A stretch of DNA of 64,000 nt from Takakia lepidozioides (taxonomy: Eukaryota; Plantae; Bryophyta), in NCBI GenBank assembly GCA_030704615.1, contig CM060734.1, forward strand, positions 22,692,001-22,756,000, written 5' to 3'. The notes beneath the pieces were generated by a model, which worked only from the letters and a program-made list of their open reading frames with translations, made no database searches and was not told the origin of the DNA. Shown here piece by piece: positions 50,901 to 64,000 of the stretch. Within the stretch, counting starts at the first letter, position 1, and each line of letters opens with the position of its first letter. The position numbers and the translations under genes are program-made.

Positions 50901-53900
50901 AAGCGCTTTGCTTCAGGTAAGGTAGTGCATTGGATTTAGTTGGAAAGCTTGGGGTCTTTCCCTCTTTAGAATATGCCTACACGGGCCATTCCCTGCAACT
51001 TCCTGGAGTGTGATCTCTGAATGGTAACAAGCGGACTCCTACCGCTTGGGGGCAGCCCCTCCGCCCAAATTGGGCAGTCATATGCTCTGTCTAGCATACT
51101 CGGCACTTGGGCTCGGGTTGGTTCCTGTGCTTAAACTTATGGCCTGCGAAAACAATCAAAAATTTAGCTCCTATCAACATCAACACTCCTCAGGGTGAAC
51201 CCTGGGAATTGGTTACTTATGCCAAATCTAGGGCTTCATGTGTAGTTTTTGGGGTGAATCCCAGGATGGACGATGTGTCCTTTAAAACTACATGCTCTAG
51301 CTTAGGCTTGGATTTCATGGCTAATGGTACCATCTCGAGACTTGATAACAGGGGTACGTTGAAGGTTGCAATGACCAAAAGTGCTTCTAATAGAGTCCCG
51401 CATCAATTCAATCTCAAAGAAGTTCATCCCTTGACTGGCTGGAGAGCGGTCTTAGATGGTGATTCAATGGGGCGCTCTAGGAAGACAACCAAGGGCAACA
51501 ACTTCAACTTGAGAGTTTCTAATCGGTTTGATGCTCTGGATGAGGTTGAATCCAAACAGCCAGAAGGACAAGATGCCCCTAAGTGTACGGAACCTGAACG
51601 TCCTGAATCTGAAGGATTTGGTACTCTGAATGGTTTACCAATCCTCAAGGTTTACACAAGACGAACAAATTCTATACACGGGGTAATTGTCCCCAAGCCG
51701 TCAGATGGACAATCTGTCCCTAAGTGTGCAGAGCCTGAACGTCGTGTAACTGAAGGATTTGGTACTCTAAATGGTTTACCAATCCTCAAAGTCTACACAA
51801 GACGAGCAAAATCTATACACGGGGTAATTGTCCCCAAGCAGTCTGACGGACAATCTGCCCCTATGTGTGCGGAGCCTGTGCGTCATGTAACTGAAAGATT
51901 TGGTACCCTGAATGGCTTACCAATTCTCAAAGTTTACACAAGACGAGCAAAATCTACACATGGGGTAACTGTCCCGCTTTGCAGAACGGTTGGCCGTCCA
52001 GGAGCAATCACAAGCTACCTAGACGACAAACAATTCACACGCAAAGGGCTGGCTTGCGGCTGGCCACTTTCAACTTCTCAGGGTTGACCAACCAAAGGAA
52101 ACAACTTGAAGTGGGACAAGTTCTTCGGACTAATGATATTCATATCTGTGCTGGGCAAGAAACATGGGAAACGTCGGATAAACTGGTTGGAGATGTCATT
52201 GGTTATAAATGGGCAGGTAAGATGTGTACTCTCAAGGCAGCCTCTGCCAAACGCGGTCAAAAAGGGGTCGGATTCTTTGTCCGTGATTTCTTGTTTGACA
52301 ATTGTGAAATTATCAACAAGGGTTTGAGGTACGAGCATAGTATCTGGCTAAAACTGAATTTGAAGGGCGGCATGAGTACAAAGGACCTCTTTGTTGGTTG
52401 TGTTTACATGCCCACAGAGGGGACCCTTAGTGCTGACGCAATGCCTTTGAAGATGTAAAGCTGGACTGTGCTTCGTTCCTTGCCAAAGGTCAGGTGGTAC
52501 TATTGGGGGACTTCAATGCCCGGGTGGGCAAAGGGATCCATCAGGACGATATCATTGGACCTTTTGGTGAGGACGAGCTGAATTCTAATGGCAGACGGTT
52601 AATTAACTGTCTAGAAGAGCTTCAGCTTTTGACCTTGAATAACAGGACAAGAGGTGACCAAGTGCAGTGGACTCGTGAGAAACCCCAAACTGGGGAATGT
52701 TCCATTGTGGACTATATCATAATGGACAAAATTTTGTTCCCCCAGTGTGCCAATGTGTTGATCGACAGAACTGATATTGGTACCTCTGACCACTTCCTGG
52801 TTTGGACTGAGATCAACAGGTGTTTTCCCACCACGAAGAGATCTGTGAAACGTTCGATTCGGAAGTGGCGCATAGAAAAATTCCACAATGAGGAGGTCAA
52901 GGCTGAGTGTGTCCAGGCCTTGCAAGAGGCTCTCCCTCATTTTGTCCAATCGCTCCAAGAACTTCAGTCACGCTCTGTTAACGCAAGAAATGAAGTCGAA
53001 AGAGCAGTGGACTCTTGGGAGAGTTTCGTTTCCTCCGTGGCTGACAAGATCATTGGGAGGAAACTAATTGTCTGCGGTAGAGCAGTTAATTGGTGGACTA
53101 ATGAGATTAAACTCAAGATAGCTGAGAGACGAGCCCTCTATAAAGAGTGCTGCAATTTGGAAACCAACAGAGAATTGTGGGCGAGGTACTACCAGCTCCG
53201 TAAAGATATCAATCAGCTTGATAGGTCTCAGAAGAAATTATACTGGGACAAGTTATATAGTGAAATAAACTCAAACAACCATGGTGGTAATGACAAGAAA
53301 TTCTGGTTGGCCCTTCAACGTTTGTACAAGCCGAAAATCAGCAAGTACAAGCGCTGAAGACTACTAAAGGTGCAGTGGTGACTTCATCGGTTGACATTGT
53401 CAAAACCTTTGAAACTCACTACAGTATCCTTGGCAGAACTTCTAGGTCTAACAGTGAGGGTCTTCTGCTGAATGGAGGGACACAGTTGGAAAAACTGTTC
53501 CTATGATTCAAAACAGCCCTGATGAACTGGAGTATATTTTCAATGGCTTATAATGCTCCCATTAGTTCTTCTGAGATTGTGGAAGCAATTGAACATTTAA
53601 ATGGATATAAAGCTGGTGGACCTGATGGAATTGTCAACGAGCCTATCAAGCACGGTGGCGATCCCACGATAGAGGCCCTAGTTCTCCTCTTTAACCTTAT
53701 CTGGAAGACTGAAATGATCCCCTTTCGCTGGCGACAGGGGGTCATTGTCAATCTATACAAGAAGGGTGACAGAGAAGAACCGGGGAACTACCGTGGCATC
53801 ACGCTCCTCAATGCTGTTGGCAAGACATTCTGCAGAGTTATAAGTACTCGTCTCGAGGTTGATCTGGAGTCTAGAGGTTGTTTCCACGAAGGCCAAGCTG

Positions 53901-56900
53901 GCTTTCGGCGAAACAGGGGCTGTGTGGATCATATCTTCACTCTAAGCCAGATTATCCAGGGAAGGAAAAAAGAAGGGAAACCCACTTATGTCTTTTTCCT
54001 GGATGTCAAAAAGGCTTATGACACTGTGGAGAGATGGCCTATGGTTCTGCCTCTGGTCTTGTGGGATCAAGGAAAGATGTGGAGAGTTGTCCACAACTTG
54101 TATGCTCACACCAAAAGCTGTGTCACTGTTAACGGACAGAAGTCCAACTTCTTTGACATAGACCAAGGTGTAGCTCAAGGATGTACTCTCTCCCCTCTGC
54201 TCTTCAATGTTTTCATCAATCAACTCCTCGAGGATGTGGAAAGTGAGGGATTTGGGTTAAGGGTGGGTGATACCACCATACCAGCCCTTATGTTTGCGGA
54301 TGACTTCGCAGGCATAGGGGAGACTCCAACCAATCTCCAGGAGTTGATTGATTGCGCGAAGAGATACTTTGATCTTTGGGGGCTAGAGGCTAATGTCAGC
54401 AAATGTGCAGTGGTAGCATTCAACGACAGAGGAGAGGGAGGAAGTGATCTTAAGTGGCAGTGGGGTAGCCAAGAGATCCCGGTCCTCCCTTCCTACACTT
54501 ACCTGGGCGTTGAGTTCTCCTCCAATTGTAATTGGGATGCACATATCCGGAAAGTTGTTCAAACTGGCAAGGGCAAAGCTCTGGGGCTCACTAAATTTTT
54601 CCACTGCAGAGGGGTCAACTCTGAGGTTAAGAAAACCATGCTTTGTCGCGTTATTAGACCTGCCTTGGAGTACGGATCTGCTATATGGGTTGATAACTCC
54701 AACTAGGCTAAGTCTCTAGAATCCATTCAAGTGGGGGTGCTTAAGGAGTGTATGTCAGCATGCTCCAAAACAGCCAATGTGGCTGTTCGGGGTGAGTTTG
54801 GCATTCCGTCCTTAAGCTCCCGACGAGATGAATTCAAGGTCAGATGGTGGGGTCAGCTGCAACATATGCCCAACACCAGATATCCTAAGTTAATCGATGG
54901 AAACAGGACCGCCCTGTCAAACAGGCTAAGTCCTGGCAGAAGAGAGTAGAAGAGATCCTCAAGGACCTGGACCTGGATCCGCAAGTCTTGACCCTGCTGG
55001 ATAAATCTGACTTAGAGGCTGTAGTGTCCTCAGCCATGTCTGTTGCCATGAGATTGTCTGATGAAAATGAAGTTAGGCAGAAAACTTCCCTGAACTTGTT
55101 TCCAGTCTGTGACATGGGGGAGGACATCTTGGATGACCTCAAGGGTCTACCCACTCTCGGCACTAGACTGAAATTTAAACTCAGGGCAGGAAGCCTACCT
55201 TTGAACAGCAAACAGAGGCAGAGAGGAAAGGGAGAGTGCAATTGCCCGTTGTGTGGGCAATCTGAAGACAGTATTCATTTTCTGATACACTGTCCGGGGT
55301 TCTCTCACCAAAGAGACGCTCTCTTCAAATCTATTAAGGGAATTGTGCCTGTACCCCTGTTTACCAACTTTGAAAGTCTCGAGGCTGAGCCAAAAGCCCA
55401 GGCCCTCCTGAGGCCTAGTTTTTGGGCAAATCACACACAGCAGATTGATGCTTGTGTGAAGGGATTTCTAGAGGATATCTGGAAAACCCGGATTAATTCT
55501 TTATATAGAGGTAAGTCTTACTACCAACGTCAGCCCCTGACAGAGGTAGGTTCTGTCCCTTTTGTTCCCGCTCAAACTGGGCGCGGGGTCAATGGCCACA
55601 AGGCTACGGCAAACAACGTCTTATGAGTACAATCTCTCTCTTGTTCTTCTAGAAGTCTTATTTGCAGATATTTATAACTTCTGCTTGGTTTTCTCCACCC
55701 ATGAACGATTAGTCTTTGTGGTGCTTGTACATTACATTATGGTTGTCAAGAACTCCACTCCCCCCAACAGTGGGCTGCATGGGTTGTTTATATGAAGATC
55801 TCCACTGGCGAGTCAATATTGGAATGATGTTGAGACCAGCTACCAAATCTGATATTTTTAGCTTTGAGAAGTCTATGCTAGTTCAGTATGGAGAATGTAC
55901 TGGAAAATCTGCATGCTATGTCAAAGCCCGCGGCTCTCTGTAATGGATTTATGATTTGGTTTTTCTGTCTCTCTCTTTTGGAGCACATGTTGGTATTGAG
56001 TTAGTTGTGTATGGAACTGTTTGAAGGTCTATGGGAACAACCTGGAAATTCAAGCAATGGCGGAGATGTATAATCGTCCCATTCATATCTATTCTTATAG
56101 CTCAGGTAATGAGACCATTTACTTAGATCCGTAGTTTGTCTAGAAGACTGGTTTTGTCAAGGTATTCTTAAAGGGCTCTATACATGCAAGATAACTTTTA
56201 GAGGATTTTGAGATCCATTGATTGTTTGGAACATTGGCTTTACTGGTTGCTACGATTTATTGTGGCAACTGCCATGGAAGGTTCCTAAAGATGCTTGGGT
56301 CAAGTTAACGTGCCTTAGTTTTTGCACCATATATTTGATGAACCTATATATCTACAAGTAACAAGAGCCCCAGAAATGACTGGTACCAGGTCTCATGTTG
56401 ATTCCTAATGAGGAAGATGTATGTACTGTTGGTGATTGTGTTGGTATGTAATAAACATGGAACCAGTCTTGAGGTTGTGCTTGTTTCACTGACTATAGTT
56501 TGTGGTGTCCTCAGAGCCCATAAACATATTTCATGGGAGCTATGAAACTGACTTGCCACCCATTCGGCTTAGCTATCATCGGGGCAATCACTACAACTCT
56601 CTCCTGGACCCATGCAGGCCAGCAGTAGGGGCGGGTCTTGGTTTTGGTAGCCTGCGTGGGGTAAGCACGATTCCCTTTTCTCTCTTTCTATTTTTTTCTC
56701 CCTTCTGTAAATCACACATAGATACCATGTGTTTTCCATTAGTAATTGCCACCAGGCTGGGGCAGAATTTACATAATAATGCCACTTTGTCCCTTTTTCG
56801 TCAGTGTCACTATAGGGACCTCAGTGGCTTTGAGAGACCAAAGGCAAGCCCTAACTGAGATTGTGACTCAACTTGGACCGCTTCCCTGTGGGGTGAAAAG

Positions 56901-58521
56901 AAAGGTTATCTTTGGTTTGTCCAAGCATGCCCGCACATCTGAGGTAGAAGCCAGTAGATGAGTGTCTGAGTATTGAGGGGTGTGGATTGTATACAGAGGA
57001 ATGTAGACACTGAACAGGTGAAGGCAGCCCTCAAAGCACAACAAGAGCAACAAATTGACAAGGTATGTGGTATTCACCATATTTGAACAAGGTGATTGAT
57101 TTGGGATTATGGAAAAGTGTGTTGAATAGAAGGTCTCAATTGCTGTGCTTTGGCTAGATTTCCTGTGAATTCGCCGTTGATTTTAGGGTGATTATTGGTA
57201 ATATTATTGGTTTGAAGCCAGCAGCAATGTCAGACTGGTTTTGGCTCCATGCTAGCATCTGCAAGCATTTAATATCACGCCTTGCAAAACTGTTGGTGTC
57301 TTTTGCTTGTGAAGGCTAACAAAGTAGATTATGTTAATAAAGAGCTGTGAACAAATTAAAATTAAGGGCGCCCATAGTAGCATCTTCCAAAGTGTATCTC
57401 CACTCCAGTGGATTATCATTGTATGTTTGAAGTTGAAAGACAGAAAGTACATGTAAGATTCTGTTTTTGATATCAGCGCTTTACGTTGAAAAGCTTTGTG
57501 AACTGCGTGTGAATTACTTACCAATCTCTAGGTCACAACTTATTCATGTGGTGTTATTATGGGATGTGCAGGCGCTGTTAGCTGAGGGACGCTACTACTC
57601 CGACATGGAATTAACGGAGCAAGAAATAGAGCGCATGGTGATGGAGGCATCGCGTGCTGAATTTTTGGCAGGGGAAGATCACCGTTTCCATTATCCTTGG
57701 CACGAGGAGACGTCTACATCAGCAGCTGCAGAGCCCTCTTCTTCTGGGACAAGTGAGAACTCAATTGTTTCTGAGTGTCACTTGACAAAAAGAGTAGTCC
57801 CTGTTTCAGTTACACCTCATCCTCCCTTTGTCGTTCGTCTTATTCCTTCCTCCTCCTTGTCCCTTTTTCTGCTAAACTACTGCAAAAGAGTACAGTCTTA
57901 GCTGTAAGACATAATTCGATATGATTTAGTGATAATAACCCCTTATTGCCTAATAATGGGCATCATAGTGGGCCATCGAGCCTTCTAATTGCTGCTGTTT
58001 ACTGAAAGGGGATGTAGCTTTTGGACAAGCCCTTGGCATCCCTCTTTTGCAGATGTCCTTTAGAAACCATCTGCAGCTGTTCCCCATATGGCACATGCTA
58101 TGGTTTTCTGTTCATAGCCAAGCAGTGATGCTCGTCTGCGAACCTTTTCATACATGGATGGTTACTTTCAATTGGAGGATGTGTCACAACCCTGCAAGAC
58201 CTTAATTTGGTGTGCTGTCATTTTGCAGCTGGCAGCCCCAGGAGCACAGGCGATGTGTTGGACTTAGTGCAGTCTGGGAGCCGTCAAACTGTCGCACGCT
58301 CTGTCAGTCTCCCAGCCACCTCAGGAAGTGTAGATCCAACACTTTCTAGCAATGTTCGGATGCTGCTCTCTATGGGGTTCAGCTATTTACGTGTGACAGA
58401 GGCCCACACCATATTCGACGATGACGTCAACAACATGCTGTGCTATTTGCTAGAGACAGAAACCAACATGTCCAGTGGTGGTGAGAGCATGTACCGAAGG
58501 AAAGGCAAAGCTGCAGAGTGA
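47958..58521 (+). CDS. OTLD1: OTU-domain deubiquitinase (OTU6/OTLD1, OTUD5-like) with C-terminal UBA-like domain, 724 aa
   Basis: Eight phase-compatible GT-AG exons: 47958-49124, 49768-49932, 50684-50761, 56027-56105, 56515-56660, 56997-57062, 57572-57752, 58229-58521. MTRVVVQRGS start, EDGNCLFRAVADQVYG, YGNNLEIQA, LSYHRGNHYNS, LLSMGF. Confidence 0.95.
50787..55632 (+). mobile_element. Near full-length non-LTR retrotransposon (APE-RT-CCHC; RTE/RTEX-like) in OTU intron 3
   Basis: 18-bp TSD TCTCTCTCTTGTTCTTCT at 50769-50786 and 55633-55650; APE motifs ATFNFSGL, QETW, GDFNAR, VDYII, SDH; RT motifs PGNYRGITL, QAGFR, QGCTLSPLLF, FADD, YLG; C-terminal CPLC..HFLIHC; several frameshifts and a stop at 54704. 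Confidence 0.95.
51554..51976 (+). repeat. Three 141-bp (47-aa) in-frame tandem repeats in the LINE 5' ORF
   Basis: E(G/R)FGTLNGLPILKVYTRR recurs at 51611, 51752, 51893. Confidence 0.95.
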
Positions 58522-60119
58522 ATCCCTCTTACTAGGGAGTCAAGGGCAGATTAGCAGTTGCTGGAGGAGTCCAAGCCTTTGGGTTTACTTCCATGGCTTG
58601 GAACACGGCACTAATGAGCTGCTTAGTTGAAAGGCTTTTATTTTGGTTAATTGAGCCCCACCGTAGTGTGGGCTAGGGTAATGAAAAGCTGTAGCAAGTG
58701 TTAGAGGAGGCCTTCAGGTGTGTGGGCTTGGAAAGCAACAGCCGTGATGCTCTTGTTGATAAGAGCACTGCGAATGGAGGCTGTAGCATTGTCAACCCTA
58801 TGGATATGATAGGTGAACATGAGTTGTGTGACCAGTTCACTCTTAATGGTAAAGGTAAAGAAATGGAGGAACAATCCGTCAACAGGAAGCTTCCGGTGTT
58901 AAGGACAGGTCTGTGAGCATGTTGGTCCCCAAGTTATGCTTGTTCATTTTAGCACGTTTGCCTCATCTGAAAGTTCCCCCCCAGACAAGCACCAGGATCC
59001 ATTTCTGTGAAATCAGTGTTAGCTTGATGTCCTAGGCAGGGCCACTAGAGGATGGCTTGATACATTCTGGCCGGGATGACCAGGGAAGCCACAGGAGAAT
59101 GGCTGCATTGTTGAAGGTGGCTTTTGGTATCTTCAGAAAACTGCAATGTTGCTCAGAGAAGTTCATGTTTTAGTCTTAGGTGGTCTAAGTTCAGTGAATC
59201 AGGTCTGGCCACGCATCGGTGGCCATATTGCAGAGTCTGCAGCCAGTCGATCTTGAAGGATGCGGATGCTTTCTTTATTCTTCCACCATTATTCATCCTG
59301 CAGGCATTTCTTCTGGGGCCCACCGTTGGCAGTGCTAGATCCAGATACCTACCTACCTACTCCATGTGGGATCCTCGATGAACATTCTTAAAAGTTCGGC
59401 ATAGTTACATAGTGCACGATTATTCACTCTCTCCGTGATGCGTCAGGCATCGGGTCCTGGGATCCAAATCCTAATTTTCAGTGGGCTGGCCCAGACTGTT
59501 TACAAGGCCTCGCCTAATAAGATGCCAGTGTGTGACTAAAGCTTAAGGACGTGGACCGGGTGGCCTTTGGAAATAGCGAGGTTGGCAATGGCTGTTATGA
59601 GGTTGCGGTCTGGGTGACGATGGTGGGAAGAGGGACGGGAGATGTGGTTCAAGATAAGAAAGAGTGAGGTAAGGGAGGTTGAGTTTTTCATGAGCAGTGA
59701 GAAGAGGAATATTCTTTTCCATGAGCATAGGCATATTTTGAGATTCTTATTCTGGGATATTCTCACGAATATTCGAGGAATGTTCTGCCAAACCTGTGCC
59801 GAGCCTATGCCAAACCAGTTTGGGCCACTACCAAACCTATGGCACTATTCGGCGCCGAACAGTGCGGGCACCTACGTTTTACAAAAAACAGTTAATTTTT
59901 TTTTTTCCTTAATTTTTTTTTTGTGTATAACATGGGGTTCGGCGCCGAACCTTCAATCTTTGAGGGGTTACATACACTAAAAATTTAGTAAAAATCTCAT
60001 TTGGAATCCAAAATGGGAATATTCCATACCTCGAACTTATCCCGAACCTATCCCAAAGCTAGAAGTCTCTACTCACTGCTCACTGCTCATGGATTTTCAG
60101 CCCCCAGGTAAGGCTATCT

Positions 60120-61500
60120 ATAAAGATATAGTATGGAGGATGAAAGACATCTAGCAGGGAAAGTGCTTCGAAGATGGCCATAAGTTCAGCACGTAAGATG
60201 GTGGCAGGGACAAGAAGTCTAAGGGCAGTGCCCCGGTTGGTGGCGGCGTGGTATACTCCATATCCGGCATTAGATTTGGTAAGGAACCGTCAGTACAGTG
60301 GGAGTTAGATGGGGGTATCTGAGGAGGATATTTTGTCGGTATATTCAGGGGATAGGGTTATGTATGTATCGGTTGTGTACAGGTTGGGCGGGGGAAGCGT
60401 GTTGTTGATGGATATGAGTTAGGTAATTAAGGTTAGTGCGTTTGTGAAAGATGGTGAGGAGGGTAAGATTGTGGCCAGGGTCACAAATATCATCGTGTGG
60501 GCCAAAAAGGTCATCTTCAATTTGCCATGTGTTGTCATCTGTTGGGTGCCAGCCCATTTACAGTAATAAAATGTATCGACACAGGTGGCTCCGAAGAGGT
60601 CTATTGACGTTTGGGTTTTAATTCCGAGAATAGCTTCAATGATGAAGGCATTGGGGTTCAGGGTTGTGTGGGGAGGTTGGGGGGGTGTTAGTGGGGTTGG
60701 TTGGAGATAGGTGGGGGTCCCTGAAATGTCGTTATAGGGGGTTGATGGAGGTTGGGGGCTGTCGTGGCCTAAAGCGGCAGTTTGAGTAGGGGGCGGCTGG
60801 GAGGGTAGGTTAGGGTCGGTGGATGCGTGGTTGTTTTTATTATACGAAGCTTTAAGCTTCTGGAGTATGGAGGCAACTGGGGTAGATTTGTATTGGGGTA
60901 ACAAATCTTGGGGTGAGTGGGGAAAGTGTAGACAAAGAATCTCACAGTCAAGGGTACATGATGCTGAAGGATGGCAAAATAGGGTACAGAGATGGTGAAA
61001 GTATCGGCTAGTTTTGGCCGTAGCTCTGGAATGATTAAGGGTAAATTCACTTGCTTCTAGGAGCTGATGCCCCGTTGCGGTGATAAGTTGGGTGAGAGTG
61101 GTAATATGCCGCTCTTTAAAATAGTTAAGGATGGCTATTTTTTGTTTAGGGTGAGAGAGTTCGAACTGAGAGAGAAAAGGGCTAGTGAGCCAGACGAGTT
61201 CTAGTGGTGACGAGGTGTTAAAATAGTCCGGTAGGTCGGTTTGTATACTAATTTTCATTTGACATAGAATGAGCAGTGTACGTGCGGTAGGGGAGTGTAA
61301 GCAGGCCTGTGGGTGCAACGATGGTAGAGAGTAGAGTCCATTGTATTTTAGGGCAAGAAATTTAAGGAGTCCCTGATAGATTAGGCCTAAGCGTCCAGGA
61401 TCATTGAGGGCCTCTTTTAATTGGGTGCCTAAAGTGCGGGCATATGAGATGATTAAGGGGCTTGAGCCAATCCCGTAGCTGTCGGTTGGGACTTGGGTGA
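60120..61500 (-). mobile_element. Non-LTR retrotransposon fragment (post-RT region) with a chromodomain
   Basis: C-rich coding strand; QLKEALNDPGRLGLIYQG segment; FIIEAILG..FYYCKW/(frameshift)GWHPTDDNTWQIEDDL chromodomain pattern. Confidence 0.55.
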
Positions 61501-61616
61501 GGGCCTAATGGGTACTGACAGGCAGACCGCATACATGCTTCGTGAGCTGAATAATGCTCTTGTCGAGTATTTTAATGTCTGGGAGGGAGAAAGGTGCGGC
61601 ATGGAACGAATATTGA

Positions 61617-61799
61617 TCTCAAAGTATTGTTCCTGCGGCAGAACATGAGTCTGAACCATGTTCAATTTGTATGGAGTATCCAGTACCTGGGGACTAAGTG
61701 AGAACTCTCAGTCTTTGCACGCACTGTTTCCATAGAGACTGCATCGACACATGGTTGCAGATGAATGCATCATGTCTTTTTTGCAGACGGAGGTTGTGA
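61617..61799 (+). pseudogene. RING-H2 finger fragment with internal stop
   Basis: EPCSICMEYPVPGD*VRTLSLCTHCFHRDCIDTWLQMNASCLFCRRRL*: complete C3H2C3 spacing. Confidence 0.85.
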
Positions 61800-62410
61800 G
61801 AACAAATTAGCTTTACTTCTCTTCCCTGTACTGATAGTTACTTCTGAAGCTGTCTAGGTCAACAAATAGCCAGTGCCGACATCTCATGGCACTCCCACTA
61901 TGTACATTTTTTCGGCAATAAAATAAAATAAAATAAAATCTGTTGAATGTTTGTGGATTGAACATAGTCCTCGCATTAAAGAGTTGATCAGCCTTTCCCA
62001 ACCATGTCCCGGACCAAACTCTGGAATAGAATAAAAGTGTCGAGGAGGGACTGATTATAACTTATTCTGATTAGTCCGGGATACTGAGAATTAGAGTTCG
62101 GCGCCGAACCCATGTCCAGAGACACAAGAGTCAGACAAAACAAGTCACACGCAAGTTTTGCAACAACTATTAGTGATGAGAAGAGTCGGCGCCGAACTGT
62201 CCAGTTTGTGGAGGAATTTGGTTGTCTTCATAACTCTAAATAAAAAAGACAAATCAAACAACAAAACGACCTCGGAATATAAATATCCAAAAAACATGGA
62301 GACAAAGCGGATATACATTGCTGAATCAATGGAGATGGATCCGACTGCAAAAGAATGTATTATGAAAAAATGAAATTGACCTCAACGAACAGCAATTGTC
62401 AAACTGCTGT

Positions 62411-63074
62411 TCAAATAAAAAGTGGATTAGGGTCCTTAATGAGTAACTTTGCAACCTCATTCATCGACATTATTGGCTGATGTATCATTGCCCAGTCTAG
62501 AGGACAGTTAAGCTGCCTTAAGAAGATGAAGTATAGGTGTTTGCGAGTGTATGGCCCACGCGCAGTTTTCATGGTAGTGAAGTCCAGGCAGGTACACTCG
62601 GGAAATTTGCTAGCGATTACGTTGTAAACCACGTTATTCTTGGAAGATCCTACAGTTTTGACGATATAAACCCTCCCAAAACCGGGGGGGGGGACATTTG
62701 TGAAACCAGTGATTTGCGCAAGAACTGTATCTGCACTGTCCATCCTAATGAAGTTAAGCCTGCTTGGACGCTTCTTCTTGTTTAACGCTTACCCCACCTT
62801 ACAGTATGATAGACATCTCTGTTTTCGGCATTCTGTCTTGCTGTGCTTGAATCCGGAATCTCATCGATCTGTTGGCGGGACTTAACAAGGGACAACAAGC
62901 TCATCATCTTTGGGAACAAGCCTAAAACCTGGCGGGTCAAAATATCCACTTCGACCTGGTCCAGGTGACAACCCTCAGCCACCGGCCAAACAGAGGGTGA
63001 AGATGGCTTATCTTTCACACAGATAGTCACCCCCCCATGGACGCACTGAAATATGTTATCTGGACAGAACTATA
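62411..63074 (-). pseudogene. SWIM zinc-finger ORF 3' part (transposon-derived), interrupted by a CACTA end
   Basis: VYNVIASKFPECTCLDF..PYTRKHLYFIF, a SWIM pattern with the third Cys lost; frameshifted. Confidence 0.7.
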
Positions 63075-64000
63075 CACTAGAAGGAAAACGCGGAATAACC
63101 ACTGGCCCCTTTAACCACTTTTATCTTTTACCACTCCATAAACCACTCACAGTAATGGTAACCACTGGCAAGTGGTTAATCCCGATGAATGGCCACGGTG
63201 GCATCAAATGGAGTGGTTGGAAGTGGTTTCAACCACTAAGTACGTATAATATTATATTTTTTAATTTAGGATCTACCATTTGGTAATATGTTTTTGTAAT
63301 CAATATAATATTCTACGTGGACAGGTACGGTGGTAGATCGTGAGTGGTGTACGTAGATCTTGAGTGGTTAAAGACACCTCAGTGAGTGGTACCACTTGGA
63401 AAGTGGTAGAGAGTGAGTGGTTAAAGACACTATAGTGATTGGCACCACTCGGACGGTGGTCTCTTGTGAGTGGTTAAATACACACCATCAATGATTGGTA
63501 CCACTTTTGTGGTGATACAAGAAAATGTTTAAGTGGTTTGTGCACCTGTGACAGACTTTGAAAAATAGACAAGTGTTCATATCATTGTAAGATGATACTA
63601 TTGAACAGATGGTTCCAAACAATAAACTTTATTCTGAATCTGAATCACAGTATTCACTCTCTGAAGCACTTTCCTCAACTGGAATAGCGGTAGGCTGTAC
63701 AAATGTCGCTTGAATGGTAGCCAACATAGCCAACTCTTATCTATTTAGAGTTGTGGCACCATCTAATGACCTAGGTATGGGCTGATATGATAAGGTAGAC
63801 TAGGCCCGCAGACCATCGAAATCTGCATCTTCTCCAATGTCACATTGATCTACGTCTGCCACAATTTTTTTGCTGAATTGGATCATTCCAAAGGACTACC
63901 TTCCACTCCGAACCTGCTGACTCATCATAAAAGAACACCCGATCAACTTGAGAGGGAAAAATGAACGGCTCTTCATCTTCGGGCAACATCCTCCCAAAAT
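63075..64000 (+). mobile_element. CACTA element left end with subterminal repeats
   Basis: Starts CACTAGAAGGAAAA at 63075; many ACCACT/AGTGGT direct and inverted subterminal repeats 63098-63540; other end lies outside the window. Confidence 0.85.

Larger units (their letters stand above)
59848..62198. repeat. Palindrome E, (G)TTCGGCGCCGAAC
   Basis: Copies near 59848, 59937, 62096, 62186, in non-coding parts of the SWIM/RING segment. Confidence 0.8.

Overview
Eukaryotic, transposon-dense plant DNA, most likely from a non-seed land plant (inference from the PLS-PPR remnant, group-I chromovirus and alga/animal-like LINEs). Only two intact host genes are supported: a 2-exon RABA2/Rab11 GTPase (28958-30150,+) and an 8-exon OTU deubiquitinase of the OTU6/OTLD1 type (47958-58521,+) whose intron 3 holds a 4.8-kb RTE/RTEX-like LINE with an 18-bp TSD. 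The rest is nested mobile DNA: a decayed CACTA transposase preceded by a SET-domain gene, a structurally complete 7.56-kb Mutator-like element (304-bp TIRs, 9-bp TSD) inserted into a PPR pseudogene, chromovirus and gag remnants, a chromodomain-bearing LINE fragment, a SWIM/RING element and a CACTA left end. The most unusual signal is a spliced gene encoding a ParB-like domain fused to a degenerate beta-class N4C/N6A DNA-methyltransferase-like fold (5572-10113,-), plus a second methyltransferase-like gene (14640-16865,+). Each is accompanied by its own ~22-bp palindrome repeated in introns and spacers; related but distinct 22-bp palindromes mark other elements. This suggests an undescribed transposon-borne, sequence-specific self-recognition/anti-silencing system. 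All domain calls are by eye from motifs; no searches were run.
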